A DNA stretch of 63,518 bases, the filler included, from Octopus bimaculoides (taxonomy: Eukaryota), in NCBI RefSeq assembly GCF_001194135.2. It is 6 parts of 4 records of this genome, joined end to end, with 100 filler letters (N's around TTAATTAATTAA, not from the genome) between each part and the next. Parts side by side here need not be neighbours in the genome. Positions count along the whole stretch, not along the records: positions 26,232 to 45,513 come from NC_068981.1; 5 more parts are not named here. One strand, given 5' to 3'. A model generated the notes under the pieces. That model saw only the letters and a list, made by a program, of their open reading frames with translations. It did no database searches and had not been told where the DNA came from. This document shows positions 26,509 through 40,455 of this stretch, in pieces; the first letter of the stretch is position 1; each line of letters begins with the position of its first letter. The position numbers and the translations under genes were made by a program.

Positions 26509-28074
26509 GTGTCTCTGTGTGTGTGTCTGTCTTTGGAGGGGTATTTTCTGTGAAAGTGAGCAAAACGAAGCAAAGGTAAATCAGGAAGACACACAGACAG
26601 ACATTAATAAAGAACTGTTAAATAATTGTTAACCCGCAACGTTTTTTCCTTCTTTCGCAATTTTCTTCTCCTGATAAAGAACGAAGAAAACTACTGACCA
26701 TGAAAGACGTTTCCAAAGACTTCTTGGCAACGGAAGTCAATTTTAAAACAATTTCACTTTTTCTGGAGTAATCTGCAGAATTTCCAGGCTTTCACCAATA
26801 TTGGAAAGTTGACTGGATTGCGCCACATAGGAATCTACGCACCATTATTATCAAAGTAGGAATCACTGTTACTTAAGAATTACCAGACATCACAGCTTCT
26901 TTTTCTTCTTCGTATACTCCCACTACAGCCGACGCTACTGCTCTTGTCCCTACCACCAACACCAACACCACCACCACTACTGCTGCTGNNNNNNNNNNNN
27001 NNNNNNNNNNNNNNNNNNNNNNNNNNNNNNNNNNNNNNNNNNNNNNNNNNNNNNNNNNNNNNNNNNNNNNNNNNNNNNNNNNNNNNNNNNNNNNNNNNNN
27101 NNNNNNNNNNNNNNNNNNNNNNNNNNNNNNNNNNNNNNNNNNNNNNNNNNNNNNNNNNNNNNNNNNNNNNNNNNNNNNNNNNNNNNNNNNNNNNNNNNNN
27201 NNNNNNNNNNNNNNNNNNNNNNNNNNNNNNNNNNNNNNNNNNNNNNNNNNNNNNNNNNNNNNNNNNNNNNNNNNNNNNNNNNNNNNNNNNNNNNNNNNNN
27301 NNNNNNNNNNNNNNNNNNNNNNNNNNNNNNNNNNNNNNNNNNNNNNNNNNNNNNNNNNNNNNNNNNNNNNNNNNNNNNNNNNNNNNNNNNNNNNNNNNNN
27401 NNNNNNNNNNNNNNNNNNNNNNNNNNNNNNNNNNNNNNNNNNNNNNNNNNNNNNNNNNNNNNNNNNNNNNNNNNNNNNNNNNNNNNNNNNNNNNNNNNNN
27501 NNNNNNNNNNNNNNNNNNNNNNNNNNNNNNNNNNNNNNNNNNNNNNNNNNNNNNNNNNNNNNNNNNNNNNNNNNNNNNNNNNNNNNNNNNNNNNNNNNNN
27601 NNNNNNNNNNNNNNNNNNNNNNNNNNNNNNNNNNNNNNNNNNNNNNNNNNNNNNNNNNNNNNNNNNNNNNNNNNNNNNNNNNNNNNNNNNNNNNNNNNNN
27701 NNNNNNNNNNNNNNNNNNNNNNNNNNNNNNNNNNNNNNNNNNNNNNNNNNNNNNNNNNNNNNNNNNNNNNNNNNNNNNNNNNNNNNNNNNNNNNNNNNNN
27801 NNNNNNNNNNNNNNNNNNNNNNNNNNNNNNNNNNNNNNNNNNNNNNNNNNNNNNNCTTACAGAGCTCCAAAATGAGAAAACTGATAGACAAAAGCAACCT
27901 GCGAAATGGTAAACGCCAGGAGAAACAGAACCCTTAAAAAAACAACAAAAAAAAACAACTTACAAGAGCAAAATTCACACCAGAGAATGAAATAGAATTC
28001 TCCGAAAAGGAATGTGGAGACAGAATATGTGCAATTTGCAACAACAACAACTACAAATATATAGACGGGGGCAT

Positions 28075-28240
28075 CCACATAAAATTTAAGTTTCCGTCTA
28101 CCAAATCCACTCGGGAAGCTTTGGTCGGCCCGTGGCTATAGCAGAAGACACTTGCCTAAGGTGCCACGCAGTGAGATTAAACCTGGAACCATGTAGTTGG
28201 GAAGCAGACTTCTCACACAGCCACGCCTGCACTCATGTTA
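28075..28240 (-). mobile_element. SINE 5' half (main family)
   Basis: Reverse-complement homolog of 169-330. Further copies at 29428-29585 (+), 30925-31140 (+, 3' half), 43190-43270 (-), 51280-51690 (-) and 62370-62585 (+). Confidence 0.75.
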
Positions 28241-29591
28241 ACGATATTATGAGTAACGCTTCTCTTAAGACCCAACACATTCATTCTGTAACTAGTTAAC
28301 ATCTGACTGGGTTGAAATATTTCTTATTTGTTGACGGGAATTGTATATTTGTAGAATATGCATATAACAGAACAGAGTCTTCACTGCCTGCAGAAATGAG
28401 GCTTTTCATATAAAACAGTTAACCCCAGATCATATTGGCGAGATGTAAAAATATTCTAACTAAGCCAATATATTTATAGTTAGGCTTCAATAAGTATTAG
28501 CTCTATATTCAATGCAACACATACAAATGCCTGGTCTTTTTGCCTTATATATAATAAGTATTCAATCACATAGCTTCGCTCAATTTCTTTTCCCATCATT
28601 TCAAACATCTATTTAGATTCTGTCTTTCTCGCGCACATACTATCAATCTTTTTTTCCTTTTCTCTTAGGAATTTTGGAGTCGACCTCATCCGTGTCACCT
28701 TTGAACTTGTGTTTCGGAAAATGATAGGACACGAAAGAGATCAAAATCATATTTCCAATTCCTCGATACCACTGGAAATTGGCAATGATAAATGGTTTAT
28801 CATTAATTTCTCTTCTGCCACCGTTGCTGTTTGTGTGAGGTTTTGTGATGGAGCTTGTTCGATGTTAACCATAAATTACTTTGATAGAGATCGCAAATTG
28901 TATACGCAGCTAATGAAAGTAAACACGGTCAGCTTACCTGAATGAAAACGCTGATTTAGACACACACACACATAAACATGTAACCATATACACACACAAG
29001 CACATACAACCATACACTCACAGACACACAACGCCACAGGCACAGATGCAGACATAAACACACACACATATCCATACCTATATGCTAAGATTTGAGCATG
29101 CGATTCTGAGGGACTTATAAACAGGGAAAATATGCGTGTGCCTATGTGTTAGTGAGTGTGTGTGTGAGAGAGAGAGATAGAGAGAGAGAGAGAGGAAGAA
29201 ATAGTGAGAGAATGAAAGAGAGGAGGAGATGGGGGAGAGGGAGAGAGGGGGAGAGGGAGAGAGTGTGTATGAATGCATGTTTAAGNNNNNNNNNNNNNNN
29301 NNNNNNNNNNNNNNNNNNNNNNNNNNNNNGGGAGAGAGGGGGAGAGGGAGAGAGGGGGAGAGGGAGAGAGTGTGTATGAATGCATGTTTAAGTAAGAACT
29401 AACAGAAATTCTATGGCCGAGATGTATAGGCGTGGGTGTGTGGTAAGATGGTACGAAGCTTGCTTCCTAACCACATGGTTCCGGGTTCAGACCCACTGTG
29501 TGGCCCCTTGGGCAAGTGTTGTCTTCTACTATAGCCTCAGGCAGACCAAAACTGTATGAGTGGATTTGGTTCACGGAAACAATCATACACA

Positions 29592-29649
<58 letters not shown>

Positions 29650-30841
29650 CCGATGTAAGCACATAAATGTGCAACAAGGTGGAAAAAAGAGTACTCAAAT
29701 ACCAGAGGTAGAGTAATATGCTTTATTTAAAAGCAGCAGATTTCTGCTGCTTTTAAATAAAGTATATATATATATATANNNNNNNNNNNNNNNNNNNNNN
29801 NNNNNNNNNNNNNNNNNNNNNNNNNNNNNNNNNNNNNNNNNNNNNNNNNNNNNNNNNNNNNNNNNNNNNNNNNNNNNNNNNNNNNNNNNNNNNNNNNNNN
29901 NNNNNNNNNNNNNNNNNNNNNNNNNNNNNNNNNNNNNNNNNNNNNNNNNNNNNNNNNNNNNNNNNNNNNNNNNNNNNNNNNNNNNNNNNNNNNNNNNNNN
30001 NNNNNNNNNNNNNNNNNNNNNNNNNNNNNNNNNNNNNNNNNNNNNNNNNNNNNNNNNNNNNNNNNNNNNNNNNNNNNNNNNNNNNNNNNNNNNNNNNNNN
30101 NNNNNNNNNNNNNNNNNNNNNNNNNNNNNNNNNNNNNNNNNNNNNNNNNNNNNNNNNNNNNNNNNNNNNNNNNNNNNNNNNNNNNNNNNNNNNNNNNNNN
30201 NNNNNNNNNNNNNNNNNNNNNNNNNNNNNNNNNNNNNNNNNNNNNNNNNNNNNNNNNNNNNNNNNNNNNNNNNNNNNNNNNNNNNNNNNNNNNNNNNNNN
30301 NNNNNNNNNNNNNNNNNNNNNNNNNNNNNNNNNNNNNNNNNNNNNNNNNNNNNNNNNNNNNNNNNNNNNNNNNNNNNNNNNNNNNNNNNNNNNNNNNNNN
30401 NNNNNNNNNNNNNNNNNNNNNNNNNNNNNNNNNNNNNNNNNNNNNNNNNNNNNNNNNNNNNNNNNNNNNNNNNNNNNNNNNNNNNNNNNNNNNNNNNNNN
30501 NNNNNNNNNNNNNNNNNNNNNNNNNNNNNNNNNNNNNNNNNNNNNNNNNNNNNNNNNNNNNNNNNNNNNNNNNNNNNNNNNNNNNNNNNNNNNNNNNNNN
30601 NNNNGATTAAATTATCTTTTTTTTTCTTTCTTTATCCCAGTTGAGAAATACATGAAGAGTTTCCTTTCTTGGCACAAAAACGACCACACATTCAGCCAGA
30701 TAAAAATAGTGGAATAAACCAGCGCAAAATACGATTCTTTATTTGTTTATACAGTTCTTGGCCTGTTGTGAAGGATATAAACACAAAGTTCCCGAATAAA
30801 AACACAACAGGCGCCTCCATCAGGTAAAAGAAACAAATGTC

Positions 30842-30899
<58 letters not shown>

Positions 30900-31323
30900 T
30901 GTGTGTGTGTGTGAGCGTATGTCTTCGTGTCTGTGTTTGTCCACCCCCACCCCATTCCGATTAATAACCGATGCTGGTGTGTTTACGTCCCCGTAACGTA
31001 GCGGCTCAGCAAAAGAGACCGACAGAATAAGAACCAGGCTTTAAAAAAAAAATTAATAACTGGGGTCGATTCGTTTGGCTAAAATTCTTCAAGGTGGTAC
31101 TGCATCGTGGCCACAGTCCAATGGCTGAAAGAAGCAAAAGATAAAAGAATATGTCTGCTTTTACTCTGCAGAGGCGTAGGAGTTTTCTTTTACTACCGAA
31201 ATCCATTCCGATATCTTAGAGAAGAACGAAGGAGATTGAAGAGAGATTTAAGACATCAGTCTTTCATTAGAAAATTACTATTTTTAAATCTCCCAACGAG
31301 AGATATTCAGCAACAGTACTTTG

Positions 31324-31488
31324 TAGTAAAGATTGTTTGCCAACATAACATGGCAGTCCTGGTTTAGGATTAATGTTGCTGTAATTTATCGTGTCGTGTA
31401 GCCAGCTGGAGACGATGTCTCCTGGGGCTAAATTGCAGCAACATTCGTCCTAAACCAGGACTACCATCTTGGCAAACAATTTTTACTA
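31324..31488. mobile_element. Hairpin MITE
   Basis: 31324-31388 and 31429-31488 are imperfect inverted repeats (ATTGTTTGCCAA...GTCCTGGTTTAGGA...ATGTTGCTGxAATTTA) with TA at both ends. Confidence 0.75.
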
Positions 31489-33310
31489 TCAGGCTTTCAG
31501 TTAAGAGTTACTTTTAACGATGGCTGTATGAAGGGTTTCTCTTGCCTCAATGGGAAGTGTCCCAGTATGGAATGGTGCAGAACGACTGTTGGATGACTCA
31601 AGGGACTCAAGATAGAAGTAGTGTTACGAACGGGACTAGCGTTTACAACGCTTCGATTTTCATTCTCCCGATAACAATTCTCTTTAAACCTTGTTTGTTC
31701 AGCCGGATCAAGCTTCATGACAGACGACGTCAGTTCGGAAGACGGAGTGGTCTTGGCAATGGAAACGGTGCTCTGAAGCTTTTGGTCTCAACACAGCTGA
31801 ACAACCAGACGTTTCTATGACGGACATATCTGTAGACATCACATTTATAAATGAGTCGGGGGTGAAATTACAATTTAGGCGCATGCTGGGATCGTACGGA
31901 AGCCCCAGTTATATATGAAAATAGATTTTCCGAGTGACCCTATGTGGGTTTCGATAAAACGCAGCGCGTTATCGAATGTCGTTTGTAATAACATAGTCAA
32001 CGTGCTTAGTTTAAAATATCCATGATTTCGTTTCGGATATCAGGTTCAACAGCACATTGGATTCTGAGCTGCGATGGAAGCTGTTCCAACCTTTCTTCGT
32101 ATAAAAGGGATTGAAGCAGTTGAGTTGTTCAGCAAAATTATTTGAAAATCTGTTTATTCAAAAGGTAAAACAATTTCCTTGACACTTTAGAGGACCTTCA
32201 AAACTGGTTTTGGAGAGGAAAGCAGAAAGTAACCTCAAATGAGAGACCTGCTACGAATGGTTGCAACGACTGGACTCCGTTAAAGGTTACCAAGATGCTA
32301 GACAGTGGTGTTAAGCCGTTTGGCGAATGGAACCGACAAGTTATACAGGCCACGGAAGAATTTGATCTGAAAACACAAAGAGTCGGAACAAATACCGCAA
32401 GATATCCGGTCCAATGTTCTTAAATCTGCACCAACCCCACGCTCTGGTTTGGTATTTTTTTTTTATGCAACTCAAAAGGATGAAAAGCAAAGTACATACA
32501 AATAGGAATTCTCTCTTCGGCGCTCAACCGACTTGACAGAAGCATTTGAAAATATTTATTCTTGGGTGGGTTTAAAAAGTAATTAAGAATTGAGTGGAGA
32601 AGTTGAGCATGATAATGTCAAGTGCATGCCTTTCCTAAGAGAGAACATTAGAGGAGAAATTGTATAGCAGTAACTCTAAATCAAAGATGGCGCACATATT
32701 CATTAACTTAACAATAACAACAAACAACAACAAACACGTTTTGTAGTTATTTCTTATTATCGTCTGCTTTTACTACTTCTCTTAACCCATATCATCCTCT
32801 TTCCCGCCTACGCTTTCTCTTCATCCTTCGATTACTTCTGTGTCTTAGAGTCCTTTTCAATTCTGTTGTTGCTGTTGTCGCTGCTACTGTTGTTATTAGT
32901 GTTGTTTCGAGGCTGGTGTTTATCTGTTGTTGGTGGTGCTGTGAAGCTGTTGTTGTTGTTGTTGAAGCTCATCTTTTCCTTCCCCTCTCTCTCGCCACTT
33001 CTCCCCCTCCTCCCTGTAATTAACTCAAACCAACCCTGGACTTCATCAACAGATTATACAAATCTAAAATTAGCCATGTTGATAGTGATGTCTTTGTGAA
33101 TGTCCTCTTATTTGGGACTACATCAAAGGAAATCTTGCCAGTATATATGCATACACAGATGCATGTGTATACATCAAAACACACGCACACAAACACACGC
33201 GCACACTCACACACACACACGCAGACTGGTATATATACGAGTCTCTGTATATGTATAAATATTTAACTTTTATATACGTGTGAATATTTTGGTTTGTATA
33301 GGCGTGTGTG

Positions 33311-33354
<44 letters not shown>

Positions 33355-33529
33355 TGAGCGTGCGCGCACGATGGTAGGGTGTGTGTATGGGAATTGGAAA
33401 GTGCAATGCAAATGTACTGATATAGCTTGGCACCAACATCGTCGCTGGGGTTGGTATTAGAAGACGAAGAGTCAGGAAAGATACAGCAAGGCGAGATGAA
33501 ATGAGTGGATTTGTGGATGTAGATAAATA

Positions 33530-33534
33530 CTTAG

Positions 33535-33631
<97 letters not shown>

Positions 33632-33680
33632 GGATAGATAGACAGACAGATAGATAGATAGAGAGAGTGAGAGAGAGAGA
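33530..33680. repeat. (GATA)n microsatellite
   Basis: Visible directly; another (GATA)/(GATT) block lies at 40910-41225. Confidence 0.95.
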
Positions 33681-33863
33681 TGGCAGGTGGGAGAATAGAA
33701 TAGGGATTTGTCGATGAAAATGGGAATGGTGGTGGTGGGGGGGGTGTCTTCGGTGAGTAAGAATCGTATTTGCAAAATGCAAGAACGCAAAGTGAAATCG
33801 GAAAGGAAGAATAATGGAATATATGAAAGAAAGAGAAGAAGAATGAACAAGAAATTGCGCTAT

Positions 33864-34500
<637 letters not shown>

Positions 34501-34778
34501 ATACAGAAAGAAAAAAAATAGAAAAAAAAAAGTATTGAATTCTTAATTCTTATTCCAAGAAAAGTAAAGAATGGAAGGAATAAAAGTGGATGAGAATTGA
34601 AGAATTGGAGAAGGAAAAGGAGGATTTCAGAAGGGCAAAGGGAGGAGAAAAGAGAGAGGGAGATGTTTTGCGATAAAACATGGAGGATTTTATATGATGG
34701 AGATTGATTTGGGAAATAAGACAAGAAGGAAGGAAGAAACNNNNNNNNNNATATATATATATATATATACACACACAC

Positions 34779-35333
34779 ACGAGGGTGAGTCAAAAGTTAA
34801 TGCCATTTTGTTTAGGACAGGTATAATTACCAACCCAGGAAAATGTATCATACATCAAAATGAAGCTTATTATGAGTTTATTGTTTTTCCTTTTGGCAAA
34901 AAATCGACCGGAATGACACTTTGAGCATCCAAAAAGACAGTCGCCATGATTTTTCCAGCTGATTTTTGCGTCTTGAACTTTGGCGGTGGTGATGATGTAG
35001 AGTGGCGCCATTCCATTGCCTGCCTCTTTGATTCTGGTTCATAATGATGAAACCCTGTTTCATCACCTGTTACGAGCCTTCAAAAGGTGTTGTCTCTTTG
35101 ACTTTGTAGTGAAGAAGTGGCTCAAAGAACAGTCAACAGAATTTTACGGGGCAAGGATACATGCTCTCATTCGAAGGTGGAACATTGCTATTGAGAGAAA
35201 TGGTGACTCTGTTGAGAAGTAGGGATGTGATCCACAGAGGACCAGCTTCATTTTGATGTATGATACATGTTCCTATGTTGCTAATTATATCTGTCCTAAA
35301 CAAAATGGCATTACTTTTTGACTCACCCTCGTA
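34779..35333. mobile_element. Non-autonomous mariner derivative built from two inverted 3' ends
   Basis: ~90-bp terminal inverted repeats (ACGAGGGTGAGTCAAAA...). The minus strand encodes DETGFHHYEPESKRQAMEWRH...SAGKIMATVF and the plus strand encodes VKKWLKEQSTEFY...LIRRWNIAIERNGDSVEK*. Confidence 0.85.
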
Positions 35334-35351
35334 TGTATATATATATATATA

Positions 35352-36192
35352 TACGTGATCTGATCGATAAGTAACCGGACTGTTCCCATAGTGACGAAGC
35401 TAAGGCACGCAGAGTGAAGCCGCTTGGCATAGATTGACCTTGACCTCTGTTGTGCATGCATACTAAGCTTTAACGTTCTAGCTCAACCCTGCTGTTTACA
35501 GCGTGTGACCGTCGCATTGGTTATGACAGGGAAAGTTGACCAAAAAATCTGCATCAAAATTGGCGATACCTGCTCAGAGGCCTATGCAGAGTTTTCAAAA
35601 AGTTTTCATCGTTCTCAGCACAATCAAAGAGATCTCGTGCAACTGAAACCCAAGCATATTTTGGGTCAGTAGAAAGCAGTTTTGGCACAAACTTGGCAGA
35701 CACATGTTTCCTACCCGTATCTTCAGGGATAATGGACTGAACTGAACCGTAACAAATCTACACATCCTCTGATAACTCACGGATGGGGTTTCGACGATTT
35801 CCTCTCACGGCTGCACGCACATCTGCGATGTTTTTCTCAGTTCTGCTGGTCGCAGGTCTCCCAGAACGTTCGTCAACATCGACATTTTCTTGGCCGTCTT
35901 GGAAACGTCTGAACCGGGTTATACACTCCACTCCTTACACTTTCTGCAACTTTGCGTAGGCCTCTGAGCAGATATCGCCATGAGAACTTTCTCTGTCATT
36001 GTCAATGCAACGATAACACGCTACACATCTTCCTTTCAAGTACTGCTGTAAAGCATGGAAGTGAGCTAGAACATTAAACCTTAGTGTGCATGCCCAACAG
36101 AGTTCAAGGTCAATCTTTGCCAAGCGGCTCTACTCCATCTGCTTTATCTTCGTTACAATAACAACAATCCTGATACTTATTGATCAGACCTC

Positions 36193-36195
<3 letters not shown>
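35352..36195. mobile_element. Mariner derivative built from two convergent 5' ends
   Basis: TIR-like TACGxGxTCTGATCxATAAGTA at both ends. Plus strand: short transposase N-terminus (MTGKVDQKICIK...GDTCSEAYA). Minus strand: a longer one (GDICSEAYAKLQKV...DERSGRPATSRTEKNIADVRAAV...SAKFVPKLL). Confidence 0.85.
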
Positions 36196-36234
<39 letters not shown>

Positions 36235-37206
36235 ATGTATGTATATATAAATATATACGTACGCACACGCGTGTGCATGTCACAAGCACTCCGTAATTCC
36301 TTGATGACGTCTGCCCATGTTAAATGTCACCAGTCGGTGTGTCAGATGTGAGCTGTTCTCCTGTTTCTCTCCCCTACTACCTGGGTCCAGTGCCAAATAT
36401 CAAGCTTCAATAGCTTCGCGTTACGCTTATGATAATATAATATAACATGGTATAATATAACATAATATATGATAGAATATAATATAGCATAAGGCAATGT
36501 AATATAGCGTAGTATAAAATTTTATAAATTGAAACTTGATGTGAGAGAAACCGATCTACAGATAGTATTCATGATTGTATGTCTGTGTTTGGCGTCTTTG
36601 GCACTTTTAATTCCCTCAATTAAATGCTTTTATTCCTTCTACTCCCACCATTTCAATCCTCTTCTTTTGTGTCAGCTTTTGTCTCCCCACATCACCCTTC
36701 TCTCTCTTCTATCAATGATTTCTTTTCCATTTGTCGTTCTCTTATTCCGCTCCCAGTCTTTAATTCTTTTTCAACTCACCATCTTTCTTTTACCATTTTT
36801 GCTTTCTTTTAGCTCCGTTTTGTTTCTCTGTTCTTATTTTGTTCTTTTCTTCTTAAACAAGACTATTTTCCCTTCTTCAATCTGTCTTCGTTGTTGATGC
36901 AGAAGAATGTCTTTTAAAGCCCAACCAAATCTTTTCCTGCGACAGATTCCTCATCGAATCACAATGAAATTAGTTCCAAGAAAATCACTTCAAGGCAGCC
37001 AGGCAGCAAATACAATTTGCTCTTGCTTTTGGCACCCAAAACCACATTTCTATAATTAGTTCCATGTATTTTTTGAAGGATGATTCAACTTGTTTGTCTG
37101 TTCTTTGTTTGGGAATTGTTGCTTAAAAACGAGAAAAAAATTACCGCAAACAGATTGTGGACATCTTTTCCGAAGGATTTCAGATATAAATAGTAAATGG
37201 GAAGTC

Positions 37207-37319
<113 letters not shown>

Positions 37320-37554
37320 GGCGGCATCCTTGCAGACTCGTTAGTAGGCCGGGCGTAGTGCGTAGCGGTATTTCGCCCGTCGCTCCGATCTGGGTTCAAA
37401 TTCCACAGATGTCGACTTTGCCTTTCATCCTTTCGGGGCTGATTAAGTTCCAGTGAAATACTGGGGGTCGATGTAATCGACTAGTCACCGACTCCAAAAT
37501 TTGAAGCCTTGTGCCTTTAGTAGAAAAGATTATTGTTATTATTATTATTATTGT

Positions 37555-37948
37555 TCAGTAGTTTTATTTTTATAACGTGCTTTCACTTCACTACCGAGCG
37601 CAGCTCTGTGCGCCTTGGGTATGTGCTGTGGTTTGCTGTGGTGCTTTTATGTTTACTGTATTGAAAGTGTTTTGCGTAGAATGTGTGCAGTACCCAGTAG
37701 TGCAATTTTCTGTATGTTACATATATTTGTAAGTCCTGGTATTTTTGTTATGTATTTGTCTGAGTATTTTTTAATTATACCTAAGGCACCTACTATGATA
37801 GGAATTGTTTCTGTTTTTAGACTCCACATTCGAGTTATCTCTATTTCCAGGTCTTTGTATTTTGAAAGTTTTTCCATTTCTTTTCGAGAAACGTTGTCAT
37901 CTGCTGGTATTGATACATCAATTAGAAGGCATTTTTTTCCTTCATGAT
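37555..37948 (-). mobile_element. R4/Dong-like non-LTR retrotransposon 3' end (copy A), restriction-like endonuclease C-terminus and 3' UTR
   Basis: HEGKKCLLIDVSIPADDNVSRKEMEKLSKYKDLEIEITRMW...PIIVGALG...IQKIALLGTAHILRKTL*, then a 3' UTR ending in (AAT)n. Confidence 0.85.
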
Positions 37949-38585
37949 NNNNNNNNNNNNNNNNNNNNNNNNNNNNNNNNNNNNNNNNNNNNNNNNNNNN
38001 NNNNNNNNNNNNNNNNNNNNNNNNNNNNNNNNNNNNNNNNNNNNNNNNNNNNNNNNNNNNNNNNNNNNNNNNNNNNNNNNNNNNNNNNNNNNNNNNNNNN
38101 NNNNNNNNNNNNNNNNNNNNNNNNNNNNNNNNNNNNNNNNNNNNNNNNNNNNNNNNNNNNNNNNNNNNNNNNNNNNNNNNNNNNNNNNNNNNNNNNNNNN
38201 NNNNNNNNNNNNNNNNNNNNNNNNNNNNNNNNNNNNNNNNNNNNNNNNNNNNNNNNNNNNNNNNNNNNNNNNNNNNNNNNNNNNNNNNNNNNNNNNNNNN
38301 NNNNNNNNNNNNNNNNNNNNNNNNNNNNNNNNNNNNNNNNNNNNNNNNNNNNNNNNNNNNNNNNNNNNNNNNNNNNNNNNNNNNNNNNNNNNNNNNNNNN
38401 NNNNNNNNNNNNNNNNNNNNNNNNNNNNNNNNNNNNNNNNNNNNNNNNNNNNNNNNNNNNNNNNNNNNNNNNNNNNNNNNNNNNNNNNNNNNNNNNNNNN
38501 NNNNNNNNNNNNNNNNNNNNNNNNNNNNNNNNNNNNNNNNNNNNNNNNNNNNNNNNNNNNNNNNNNNNNNNNNNNNNNNNNNNNN

Positions 38586-40455
38586 CTTTTCTTTCTTCCT
38601 TATCGCATACCTTGTTGTCAGCTGGGCATACTATATCTATGATCCAGTAGCGTTTACTTTCTTTCTTAATTAAACCTATGTCTGGTTTCCTATTCTCTAT
38701 CTCATGGTCGCACTGAATCATAAAATCTCTCAGGATCTTTGCATTATCATTTTCGATGATGCATTCGGGCTTATGTTCGTACCACTTTTTTGCTCTGTCA
38801 AGTCCTTACTTGTTGCAAAGTGTCCAATGGACAAGCCTGGCTAAATTGTCGTGACGTCTCTTATATTTCTTCCGGGCTAGTGGCATACATTACATTCTGG
38901 GCTAGTGGCAATATGTCAAACGCTTACACCATTTTGTCCAAAAATTCTGCACTTATTACTTTCAGATGTGTTGTCTATTCTGTATTTGATGTAGTTGGTT
39001 CTTAATGCTTGCTCTTGGGCAGCACAGATTAGAATCTCCGTTTCTGGTTTTAAATCATTTTTAGTCATCCACAGCCATCATTTTTCTCTGTCTGTCATAT
39101 CTTCAACATCCCTATGAAATTGACCATGTACTCTTTTCTTTACCCATCTATGATCAGTTTCATTCGTTTTCAATTTCATGTATAGTGCTTTATCTTTGCA
39201 ATCTTTCATCCTACACGAGCCTGACATTCCTACGTCTAACAATAGCGGTTCTGTGGCATTTTTTACATATCATTCTATGTTGTTTTCTTCTGCTCTAATG
39301 CTGTGTTCACATCCAATAAGTCCTCTTCCCCCCCTTTTTCTTGTACATACAGTCTGTCTGTGTCACTTTTTGCGTGGAGTGTCCCATATCTAGTCAGCAA
39401 CTTCCTTGTCTTTCTGTCTAAGCTGTTTAGTTTGTCTACTGTCCATGCGATTACTCCTGCTCCATATCCAAGGAGTGAAACCACCCATGTGGTTCAATCT
39501 TATTCCGTCCGTTTAATTTCGACTGGTCTCAGTCTGCGCAAGAACTCTACCTTAAATATTTCTGTCATTTCTTTCTCCATCAATTTATCCATTTCCAATA
39601 TCCCCAAGTACCTATAGCCCGTCTTTTCTATCTGCTTCATAACCTCCCCCGACGGTATCGTTAGTCCGTCCATACATTTGATGATTTTGCCTCTCTTCAA
39701 AACTAACACACCACACTTTCTCAATCCGAACTCCATTCTGGTATCAGCACTGAAAGTTATACACTGTATCAACGAGGTAATTGACTTGGGCTTCATCTTT
39801 ACCATAAAGTTTGAGGTCATCCATGAATAACAAGTCGATGACTTTCTGTTGGCTTCTTTTGAATACATACCCAGCCTTTGCCTTCCTCATAAACAGTGGT
39901 AGTGTTATCATGCACAGTACAAAGATCAGCGGGGACAGACAGTCCCCTTGGAAGATGCCCCTCCTTATTTCTATTGTCCCTAAACTTCTTCCATATGCTG
40001 ACGGTTCCGTCCTCCATTTCGCCATACTTTTTCCAAGCAATCGCTCAACATTCGATGCAATACCAAATAGGTTCATACACTCCATAATCCAAGAATGTGG
40101 GATCATATCGTACACCTTACGACAGTCGATCCATGGCATGGCTAAGTTAGTTTTTCCTCTTCTTTCAGTCTCTAAGTGCAGTTTTGTTTATTAGGAGTTG
40201 ATCCTTGGTACCTCTGTACTTACGCTTGCAACCTTTCTGCTCATGTGGCAGGACTCCATTTTTTTCGAGATGTTCGTACATTGACTCTGCGACTATTCCA
40301 GTCAATAAATTCCACATAAGTGTCAAACAAGATATCAGCCTGTAATTGTCTACCGTATTGCCTTTTTCAATGTTTTTCAAGCAAAGCACTGTCCTACCCA
40401 ATGTCAACCACTCTGATGTTACTTGGTCGGCATTTAACAAGGTTTTGAGTTGCGC
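38586..40455 (-). mobile_element. Degraded R4/Dong-like non-LTR retrotransposon (copy B): RT, knuckle remnant and REL endonuclease
   Basis: RT motifs [47 protein letters not shown] and LLFMDDLKLY; AAQEQALRTNY; RKPDI...IDIVCPADNKVCDKEERK. Multiple stops and frameshifts. Confidence 0.9.

Noticed and set aside
29225-29393. Exact direct duplication flanking a 44-N gap (similar case at 40990-41170)
   Set aside because: Typical overlapping-contig-end artefact.
33020-33140. TTTCCTTTGAT, FPFD-like Cys-loop candidate
   Set aside because: No frame gives C-x13-C or FPFD; it reads ISFD or hits a stop.
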